DNA of 64,000 nt from Bilabrum cf. latius (lineage: Eukaryota), in contig OZ237777.1 of NCBI GenBank assembly GCA_965178125.1, forward strand, positions 62,001-126,000, in the 5' to 3' direction. Below are positions 49,901-60,100 of this stretch, in pieces. The position numbers and the translations under genes are program-made. The notes beneath the pieces are model-generated. The model was not told the DNA's origin. It ran no database searches and worked only from the letters and a program-made list of their open reading frames with translations. The number at the start of each line of letters is the position of its first letter. The first letter of the stretch is position 1.

Positions 49901-52398
49901 TCGTGCCCGCGCGGAGTGTTCGGCTCGGGGGCCCGAGCACCTGCGCCCGAGCCGGAGGTTGGGCTCGTGCAGAGGCACCCTCCGCCAAACCCTAGGGTTT
50001 TCCTTTGTTTGCAGCTAGGGCACAGGTAACTTGTAATTAGCTATATATTTTACACCACTTTTGCACTGGGCTGATTGAATGATGGGTACTGTTGCTTCCT
50101 CCTTCTTTCCTCAAGCAACTCTGGATTCAAGTCTCACGGGCAAGTCGTCGTGCCCACGGTTGCCTGCCCTGTGCGTACACTTCGTCGTCCTCAGCTTATT
50201 TGATTGATCAAACTGATACATACGTTCGTCCATGATCATGGTGCGATTGGACCACCTGGTCCGACCATTGGCTCTCAAAGGATGGGATTTGAGCGTGTCT
50301 TTGATGAGCAGGCGTCATTCACCAGTGAGTGTTCATGCCAGTTACAGCCCAGCGGGTCAAGCTCGCAGCGGTCCACTAACTGGGTTTGCCGCACCCGGGT
50401 CCCTTCCTGCAGGGGAATTGCACGACCGGCAGCAGCGCGCAGAGGCGGACGGACGGACAGATGGACAGATGGATGGATGGATGGATGGATGGATGGATGG
50501 ATGGATGGATGGATGGATGGATGGATGGATGGATGGATGCGGGGCCAGGACCGGCGCGTGCAAACTGAAAGGATGGGGCCAAGGTGGCAATGCAGGGAGC
50601 AAAGCACACGGTCTCTAGGGCGTCCGTGCCTGTGACTTCGAGGGGGGGACCCCGTGCTCGTGCACGGGTTTGCGTGTGCACGAATGTGGCCTTCACGGGC
50701 GTGGAGGCCGGTGAGGTTCGCAGATGCGTTCCTGCACGGGCGTGCCTGCCACAGCAACCCGTGCAGGGGCACGAGCAGGAGCGGTCCGATCCTTGCAGGC
50801 CGGGATGCGCTTCGCACTTCGCCGGCGGCACCAGTTTTGCACTGTGCTGATTGAATGATGGGTACTGTTGCTTCCTCCTTCTTTCCTGCTGCTGCATTTG
50901 GCCGCATACTGTCGGGCGTGTCTGACAAGGCTGTGACGGGCACGGTGACTGTGCGGTCTGGCGATGCGGCATCCGCGTCATCGGGCGCGGTGAGCCAGGC
51001 GTCGGGCGCGTCGACGAACGCGGTGTCTGGCGTGGTGACTGTGGACTCGGGCGCGGCGGTGTCGGCTGCATCGGGCTAGGGTTTTAGGTAGCGTGCTGCC
51101 TGCGTCTTCGTCGCTGGACTCGACGGGCGCAATACTGTGGGCTCTGGCACGTCCGACGTGGATGGGAAGGGTGCGGTGACGAGCCAGTGGGTGCGGGCGA
51201 CGGCCTGGCAGAGGACGTGCAGTGAAGGCAGGACATCCGCCGCAGCAGCTGCCGCTGCCTCAAACCAACCGCTCCGGCAACTGGAACGGCCTGGCACCGG
51301 CGGTTCTGTGCTTGTTGTGGTCTTGCAGTGGCATTTGGACCTTTCGAATTGAATTTGGATATGCGGATAAGGTGGGACGGTGGCCAATCGGCAATCGGCG
51401 CTGACGTCCCCGCGCCGGCGCCGCAGCGGAACCTCGTGAATGAGCCAAAAATTTGGCTCGGCCACGGGGACACACTTGCCTCAGCCGAATCAATGTATAT
51501 TTAAACTGGTTCTGCCGCAATTGCATGGGGTCGTGCCCGCGCGGAGTGTTCGGCTCGGGGGCCCGAGCACCTGCGCCCGAGCCGGAGGTTGGGCTCGTGC
51601 AGAGGCACCCTCCGCCAAACCCTAGGGTTTTCCTTTGTTTGCAGCTAGGGCACAGGTAACTTGTAATTAGCTATATATTTTACACCACTTTTGCACTGGG
51701 CTGATTGAATGATGGGTACTGTTGCTTCCTCCTTCTTTCCTCAAGCAACTCTGGATTCAAGTCTCACGGGCAAGTCGTCGTGCCCACGGTTGCCTGCCCT
51801 GTGCGTACACTTCGTCGTCCTCAGCTTATTTGATTGATCAAACTGATACATACGTTCGTCCATGATCATGGTGCGATTGGACCACCTGGTCCGACCATTG
51901 GCTCTCAAAGGATGGGATTTGAGCGTGTCTTTGATGAGCAGGCGTCATTCACCAGTGAGTGTTCATGCCAGTTACAGCCCAGCGGGTCAAGCTCGCAGCG
52001 GTCCACTAACTGGGTTTGCCGCACCCGGGTCCCTTCCTGCAGGGGAATTGCACGACCGGCAGCAGCGCGCAGAGGCGGACGGACGGACAGATGGACAGAT
52101 GGATGGATGGATGGATGGATGGATGGATGGATGGATGGATGGATGGATGGATGGATGGATGGATGGATGGATGGATGGATGGATGGATGGATGGATGGAT
52201 GCGGGGCCAGGACCGGCGCGTGCAAACTGAAAGGATGGGGCCAAGGTGGCAATGCAGGGAGCAAAGCACACGGTCTCTAGGGCGTCCGTGCCTGTGACTT
52301 CGAGGGGGGGACCCCGTGCTCGTGCACGGGTTTGCGTGTGCACGAATGTGGCCTTCACGGGCGTGGAGGCCGGTGAGGTACGCAGATGCGTTCCTGGG
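46991..52398. repeat. ~1.63-1.68-kb tandem repeat, about 3.3 units, each with a variable (GGAT)n microsatellite
   Basis: gagtgttcatgccagttacag occurs at 46991, 48669, 50327 and 51957 (periods 1678, 1658, 1630). Length differences map to GGAT tracts near 47125, 48800, 50460 and 52090. Confidence 0.96.
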
Positions 52399-52584
52399 TG
52401 TCCGTCCCGTGCAGGGGCGCTCCGAGCACGACCCTGCCAGCCTCGAGACTCGACGCACTTATCGGCTCTCCGGGTATGGTGACCTGCAGTGGGGACACGT
52501 CCGTGTGCCTAGGTGCCCAACTCTTTATCCTTGATCCACTCGTCAACTGGCCAGTCCCAGCCGCCTGTCCGTGTCTGCGGTACA

Positions 52585-52750
52585 CCAGGTGGGTGAGTAG
52601 CGGCTCAGTGGCGGAGATGATTGGTGGAGTTATCGGGTTGGCACGGCGGACTGGAAGGGGTGGGCACAGACCGGGCAGGAGTAGGGGTGGTTGTGTGGGT
52701 TCAAATGAATCGGATCACTGGATCGGATCATCCGACCACATGCGGATGTG
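52585..52750 (+). repeat. Diverged ~165-bp direct repeat, second copy at ~55924-56090
   Basis: Both copies contain atgattggtRgagtYatc.ggttgRcacggcggaYtggaag...ggatcggatcaYccgaccRcatgcRgatg. Confidence 0.75.
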
Positions 52751-53678
52751 CATGAGGATTGAGGGGATATGATTGACGAGGATTAGTACTAGTTAATTCA
52801 ACTCGGCGTCACACACTTTATTAGCATTAACCATGTATAGCAACTTGTAGAACTCTACAAACGGTCCACTAACGTCAATCCCTTCTAGACCCCACTGTAG
52901 ACGATGGGTAGTAATAGTGGCACTAATGCGGCGAGAAACGCCACGAGCGGCTGCCAAAACTGGACAAGCCAGTACTGGCTTTGCGCGCTGCGAACCCAGC
53001 GGCAGCGCTACTAGCTGAAGGGGCCGCGAGGCATGTCTGCCGTCTACGACAGGTACCCGATGTAGGAAGCTGCCTCGATGGTATCGGAAGCAATCTACGT
53101 GGCGATGTTGGGTATCGGCTCGCGATCCGAACAGGCGGAGGCGCTGGAGGCGTGTCGTAAATGGCATGCATGATGGAGACTTTGGCCCAAGGCTCAAGAG
53201 GTGAGGTGGGAGTGCGGGAGCCGACCGCCGCTATCGGGCACTCCCGGGAGCACTCAGGCCAGGTGGGGAGTCCTGGGGGTATGGCAGGAGATGCGCAGGA
53301 CCACTAGCTGGGCGGCTAGAGGGTCACACGGCTGCCACACGGAGTTGGTGAGAAGTGAAGGGGCGGGAGTAGTAGGCTGGGATGGTGCGTCTGGTTGGGG
53401 GGGAGACTGGGCCGAATGAGCCCAACGACGAACGGTACCGCAAGGTGTAGTCAACTGTAGCGCAGCCAGTGACTAGGCCTTTCATTCTAGCCGTCTGAAC
53501 TTTACTACACAGAATGGCGGTGGTTTTCCACCTCCACCCATCATCCCATCAGTTGTCTCAGCGGCTGGGACCGTGCGGGCCCGCTACTGTCACGATACGG
53601 ACACAGTGGGCGTTTGGAACATAAGAACTTGAGAGGTGTTCTGTGATAATAAAACTTACTTTGCTCCTCTGTTTTTAG

Positions 53679-55053
53679 GTTAGAGTGGCACGAGTGGTCC
53701 GGCGTCACGGCGGCGTCAAAGCGTGCTCGGCTCGGATCCATGTTGCGTGCACTTCCAGGCGATGAGCATTCAAAAAAGCATGTCGCTGCATCAGAGTGTA
53801 GAGAGCATCCCACGTGGAAATTATTCATGTCGCTGGATTCCTTTATTAGCCGAAATTAGATAAGTATTGAACGGCCTAGTAGAAAGCATATGCTGCTCCT
53901 TCTCAGATTTGAGAAAGCACATAGCGGGCTCCCGCTCTTGGTTGTTGGGAAAATTGACCAATTTTTGCAACAGTAGCTCGCAAAACTACGGGATAAGCTC
54001 ATTGCTGTTACATAGAGCAATCCTGCGTTTGTTTCCTGGACAAATATTGCGTTCGCCTGCCTTGCAAAGTAGCAAGAAGCCACCATCGTTAAAGCGAGAC
54101 GATTAACCTGCGTTTGTGGTCGATAGTGGAGCCTAATGGAATGGAGTAACATGTATAAATGCATGCTGAACCATTTTGAATCTTGTTCGTGTGGTAAGGT
54201 CTGTAGAAATTAGGATGCGCACGAATTTGCCTGAGATCACACGTCGTTGTGTACAGCACCTAAGAAATACCTTTTATCGATGAGTCTCGCAGATGCCGGC
54301 AATGTAGTTATGACTGCTAAGTCTAAGGCTGCCGGACATGTGGTGGGAACAAGCACTGTACCTGTAATACTGGCAGGACGAAAGAGGAAGCGAACCACCT
54401 CTCATCCGCAGTTGTGTGTGAGAGTCGACCAGCAGCAACTTGAAGTCGAAGATTGGGGCGATGCAGCTGCTGCTGCAACCGGCCACACTTCCTCCCCTGA
54501 AGTAGGATCGTCATCAACAGCGGCGGAATCCAAGCAGGCTTGTAAGCGAGCAAGGACACAGCCGGAGCTCCGCCAGCACCATTCTGCGGGCGGAGCTCCG
54601 GCAGGGTCAAGCGGGGGTCCGGGTCTGAGCTCCGGGTCAGGGGCAAGCGAGGGTCTGGTAGGGCATCGACCCCACGATAGGAAACGGGTGAGCAACCTGA
54701 TCTAGAAGCAGCGGCATAAAACGCAGTAGAGTGGTTCAGTAGAGTGGGAGATGCACTCTAGCCCCCAGTCATCATAGCTACCGGTGGAGCTACGCCTGAT
54801 GTATGCCGCTGAAGCAAAATCTGAGTTTGTGGTGCACCTCCGGGACATGTATGGCATTCCCGTCGACATGATGGTATCTGATCACTCGTTCGCTCCCATC
54901 TCCAGTGCCGGCTAGACCGAAGATGGGTGGGGCGGCGAAGCGGGGGCTGGATCGCCATGTCAGAATGACCATACTGAAGCGCAAGGCAATGCAACCAGCG
55001 GATGCAGGACCCCCAAATCCAGATCCATGGACCGCTTCCGGCCCCCCAGCTGA
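53679..55053 (+). CDS. Hypothetical Cys/His protein homologous to 3265-4746; intron 54194-54256; nine exonic in-frame TAG; 5' exon not identified
   Basis: One frame from a pyrimidine-rich acceptor (53678) to TGA 55051-55053. TAG at 53857, 53974, 54013, 54070, 54124, 54703, 54727, 54775 and 54913. The only internal TGA (54232) lies inside a 63-nt GTAAGG...ACAG intron that preserves the frame. Confidence 0.6.
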
Positions 55054-57017
55054 TGCCTAAAGCTGCTGTCGTCTTTTGGTACGGATCTGCTGCAGCATGG
55101 CCTGATTATCTACCGCCTCATCCAGCACCCAACAACTCTGACGAGCCACCAGTTCGCATGGTGATACCGAGAGCCCCTCCGCGACGCGCCAGAGGGTGCA
55201 GGGCAAACATATGTGCACTGATGATGCGAGGGCGGGAGCAGCGCGTGCGATGTCGTGAGGTGTTGGTAGGCTTGGTAGCGGCACGCTAGCACCGGAGGCG
55301 AAGAGGCAGCACAGGTATGGCGTGAAGAGTAAGCGGTTTTTTGAATGCACTAATGTACACGCTACTCAAACCAACAGACAACCTAATGGCGAATGCAACC
55401 GGGAGGAAACATCTCACTGACCAGCTCAAGCCATGGCGGCTGCCAACTGTGCTGCTTCTCCGTTGAGGTTCTGCACATCTACAGCTCCCACCGCAGGTGC
55501 TGGGGGATGTATAAGTCCGGGTCGAGGTCATCTGCCTCTCGTTTCGCACCACCTGTGTACACCAGATGGTTGCACTCCTGCTGTGTACGCAGCAGCCTGC
55601 ACTGCCTCTGCTTGTGCTGCCGCTTGCGCCGCCTCGGGGGCCACAGCTCCTGCTGGACCCGTTTCCTGCACCACTCGCACTTCACATAGCCCTAGCATGT
55701 TCCGCAACGTAAGAATTGTATCGAACCGTGTGGCAGACGCTCAGTTTGTGAGGCCAGCAAGGTCTCTGAGATTGAGGTGGTGCGGTGGGCGCAGTACCCG
55801 CTCGATCGAGGTGCAGGTTCAGATGCGACGCGGAGGAGTGAGAGAGATAGCAGTGAATTAGCGACGGTTAGGGGGGGTGAGGCGGGGGTTTGAGGGCGGA
55901 GTAGAGTGGGTGATTACGGTTCACCAAGTGGGCGATGGAGTAGTGGAGGAAAATATGATTGGTAGAGTCATCTGGTTGACACGGCGGATTGGAAGTGTGA
56001 GGTACAGGCCGGGCAGGTAGAGGTGCGGGCGTGTGGGTGACAAGTGACTCGGATCAGGGGGGATCGGATCACCCGACCGCATGCAGATGAGAAAGAAGTA
56101 AGTTCAAAATTAGACTTGAGCGGCAATCAGGCCGCGTGCTGTTCGGGCGCTGAGGGGCAGCTCACGCCAATTTTTGGGGTTACTTCGAGGATGGGCTCTC
56201 GTAGGAAGGGGTCGGCCCTACCCCTAACCCGTGTATGATTGTCTGCGAGATTAGGGTGCTGTGTACAACGTGTGATCTCAGCATTGAAAATCCTTTGGCT
56301 AAGGGGGGCCTATCACTCGCGCCTAGACCCTGACCTGGGCGTTCACCGACCTGCTGCTGTCCACCCCCAGCCTCAAGCGAGGACGATACATATTCTTAAA
56401 TCGGAGCACACATTACATACCCGCAACGACCACCCTTGGGGGTAATCGCACTGGGCAGGTCGAACGGATCAGCGAGCTCACGCCGAGGGGCTTGCAAGCT
56501 GGGCTGCTTCTCTGTGGCGTAGTTGCGCTGCTTGCGGTCCATCCGCGTTCGTAATGGACTCCAAAGAGATGTAGGAAGCTTCATTTCGTCCATTATGATT
56601 GCCAAAAAAAAACACATACGCAAGCCAATGAGTCATGCCCACCAGCAACGAGTGTTCAATGGGTCAGTCATGCTTGCTCGGACTCAGCATCAAATACCTG
56701 CAGTTTACGGTGCTGAGAACGAGAGGGACGGGGTATAGGACCTGGGATAGACTCCTGGCTTGGGTATTTATCCGCCACGATGTTCTGTGTTAACAACAGC
56801 TGCTTATGCCGCGATCTGGCTCTCCTCGTTAGGGGGCGGGACAGTGCACTTTTGCCGTGTCTGTCACCGACGGTCATTTAGGCTTCTACAACGATACAAG
56901 AACAGTTTTATTCAAGTTTAAGCGGTCCATAATATATTTAATGGGGGTATTTACGTAACCTACTTCAGGGATGTGATTAAGAAATCAAATTTCCAATTTA
57001 TAGTGATACCTATGCAG

Positions 57018-57174
57018 AACACAGTACGATCATTGACAACGTGTGTCTCATAATGTACGATTCAAATAAGTCTATTAGGATTTGCATATAGAGCTATAAT
57101 TGCGCCAACTAACTAAATTAATAATAAATTATTCAGTATATATGTCTAAATTTATAGTATTGACCAAATTTAGC
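57018..57174 (-). repeat. AT-rich block homologous to 5669-5824
   Basis: See 5669-5824. It directly follows the end of the minus-strand ORF remnant at 57178. Confidence 0.75.
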
Positions 57175-57177
57175 GTC

Positions 57178-60100
57178 TTAAGGTTGAATGCAGGAATCAT
57201 GCCGAGGCCCCGCGGTGAGATCCGCGTCAAACCCGTCCCCATTCTGCAGTAGCGCATACATATTATATCCCACGTGGTTGCCCATCGTATGGATGGCCTT
57301 GAGATAGACGAAGTGCCCGAACTTGCTGCCTTGAGGCGAAAGGGGTCCCCAGCTCTGACTGTGCCACGGCCGAGTGAGGGCCTCGCTGGGAGGTGCCATC
57401 CAGGCCTCTCGGCGCTACGGAGAGGCAGGCACGGTAGAACTGCACCGCCATGGCGGCCGTGGGAAGCACGCCCTACGACAGACTGCTGGTGCCCATGTTC
57501 ACTTCGCCATCGCCCTCGAGGGTGTGCAGGGGCGGCGGCACGATGCCTGCCCGCAGTACCACCGGGCTGGTGATGGAGCGGCGGCCGGCGTTGCTGCCCT
57601 TGTACATTAGATGTGATCCTCCCGCCGTGTGGACGCCGTACACTCCGTTGGGTAGCACCTCGATCGAGTCGAGCTCCGGGTCGTTGTACTGGAACGCTGC
57701 ATTCTCGATGTCGGCGTGCACATCCCTGGTATTTGTGGGCCCCTGCGTGAACGGACCGTCGCGCAGCGTTGCTGCAGCCTAGACTTCATGGAGAAGCCCC
57801 TGCCTCGCTCCCTGCTGCTACCCATATCCATTAGTACATCTGCAAGCAGCCCGCGCCCGAGCAGGGATTGCGGCGTCACCTGGGCTGTTACTTGCGCCGC
57901 AATCTGGATCAGCCGTGCCGAGGCACCACCGACCACCACGCGCCGGGACGCATAGTTTCCAAGGATCTGCGTCGGAACTACATTACATGCTGTTGGTTTT
58001 GCTGTCATTGCCAGCTTCACCACCGCCCATGGTAAGCAGCACCACGCCCGCATTTGCGATGCCAACGGGGGGTGATAGAACCAAACACGGCGCGAGCAGA
58101 ATCGGACATCACCGCCGCTTACCCAGCACGTCGGGTCTTCATGCCCAGGTTCTCCATGGCTGCCTCTGCTTTGGCTCTGGCGCAAGAGCATCCATGGGTT
58201 CCTCCAACGTCATGAGGCTGCCCAGTTGCCACGTACCAGCCCGCATCGAGGGTGCGTGGGATGGGATGGGTCTCCAGGTCCCTAGTGCCAGAGTTAAGAT
58301 CCGGGGGCTGCCGCGAGCAGACGCCCGTACCTTGCGCGAACCCGGACTTGGCTTGGCGCCACGGGAGTAGTACGGCAGGGCCAGGGAGACCTTCCGCATG
58401 GCAATGAGGCACACGGCCACTACGGAGGACGCGCGCGAGAAGGCAGAGCGCAGCTGCAACTGCAGCTCGTTGGCAGCCTGCTCCCCGATGGTGCTGGCAG
58501 CGATGTCTCTGGCGCAGTTCGACGCCGCCCGAGGGGCTCGCAGGATGCCACACTGGCGTCATTCATCGCGCGAGACATGCCTTTGCTGCTCCCGTTCATC
58601 GGCCGACGCACCAGCGGCTTGTCCGACGGCGTTGGCGTATTCGGCCACATTGCCTCGCCGGTGGCTGCAGCAGGACTGCCATGCAGCAGTCAGCTCCCCT
58701 TATAGAGAGCTTAGCTTGCTGAACACCCGATCGGACGATCGCTGGAAGGCACCATCACGAAATTGAGCCTCGCCAGCACTGGGAAGCAACAACGCGTCCA
58801 CGCGAGCCAGATCCACCAGCGCGGTGTTGTCGGCATCACTTATGTGGCTCACGAGCAATTGGGCCAGTCGGTGCATAGCTGGGATGCGTGACCCGCTGCT
58901 ATTGAACACGGGGACAGAAGATGCTGCAGATGTTTCAGGGGCTGACCCGCCTACGCCGCTGGCTTGAGACAACGGACTCGAACCAACGGGTGCCGCGGAT
59001 GCTGCTACGATTAAACACATCTACGAAAAGATTCGCATGGCACACGCACGTAAGTTACCTCGAACGAGCCGCCGTGCGCGGCCTTGCCATCCGGCTGATC
59101 AAACTACGGGATGTACATGGCTGGAAATGTCTCAAGGACAGCGAGGCACAAGCCAGTAGAGCAGATGGATGCGCTCTGAGATTCCGCGCCTCCGAGGAAT
59201 TGCCTGAGTTAGACGAAACCGTACTGACCTCGAAGCCCACACTAGCCTGCCTACGACGCGCCATCGCTGCGGACCAGAGTCCCGCCCTGCTAATTGGCCC
59301 AGAGTCCTCCGACTCGTCCGCTATGGGTTACTTGCTTATGCGGCATAGCTACCACGCCCACGGAAGCCTCCAGCCTCCCCACCGAAAACTGAACAGTCAA
59401 TCTATTCGTAACACGTCGTGTCCCAGCCGCAGCGTGCTATATCTCGTGCGCAGTTGCACTGCGCGGCAGATTCAGATTTGCCGGATGGTCTAGCCCATCG
59501 CGGTCAGTATGCTCAGATCGGCGACTTGGTCCTAGAATCGCCATGCGGATCCACGAGCAGAGTAGAGTGGCCGGATACCAGAGCATACCGAGGCTGTGCG
59601 CTGGAGTGGCGGGATGCATTGACCTTCACGTGCCATCGGTACATGCTGGATTTGCTCGATTTGCTTGGGGCAGTGAAGGGTTCGCCAGAGGGCACTTCCT
59701 TGCAAGCTCGGGAGGCTGCTGTTTGGCTAAGTGCCCCCCTCTGACCCATCTTCGGGAGCTGGCTCCGCCTCCCTGGCTGCGACTCGGACGAAGAGCCCCT
59801 CAACCCGGATCCCGAGCCGGTCTGGTACAAGTCCCTCGAGATAGATGAAGCTCCAAGCAGAGCCCTCCAACGGAAGCGCTCTGTCACGTGGGATCGAGAC
59901 CAAGCAAGCTCAAGTGCATCTATCATACGACGCAGGCGAGACAAAGCTCGTTGCTTCAGTTGTACATAGGCTCCACATCTTGCGGCTCTGACCTGCCTGG
60001 TCGACCCATCGCACCGCCGGTCGCACGGGACCCATCCGAAAGCCTAGATACCTTCCCAGTGCTAGAAACCGTTGGTGTCAAGTCTTTCGCGCTAGGTTGG

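Noticed and set aside
46946-52297. MDGW / IHPS repeat proteins
   Set aside because: They are translations of (GGAT)n tracts whose length changes shift the frame between units.
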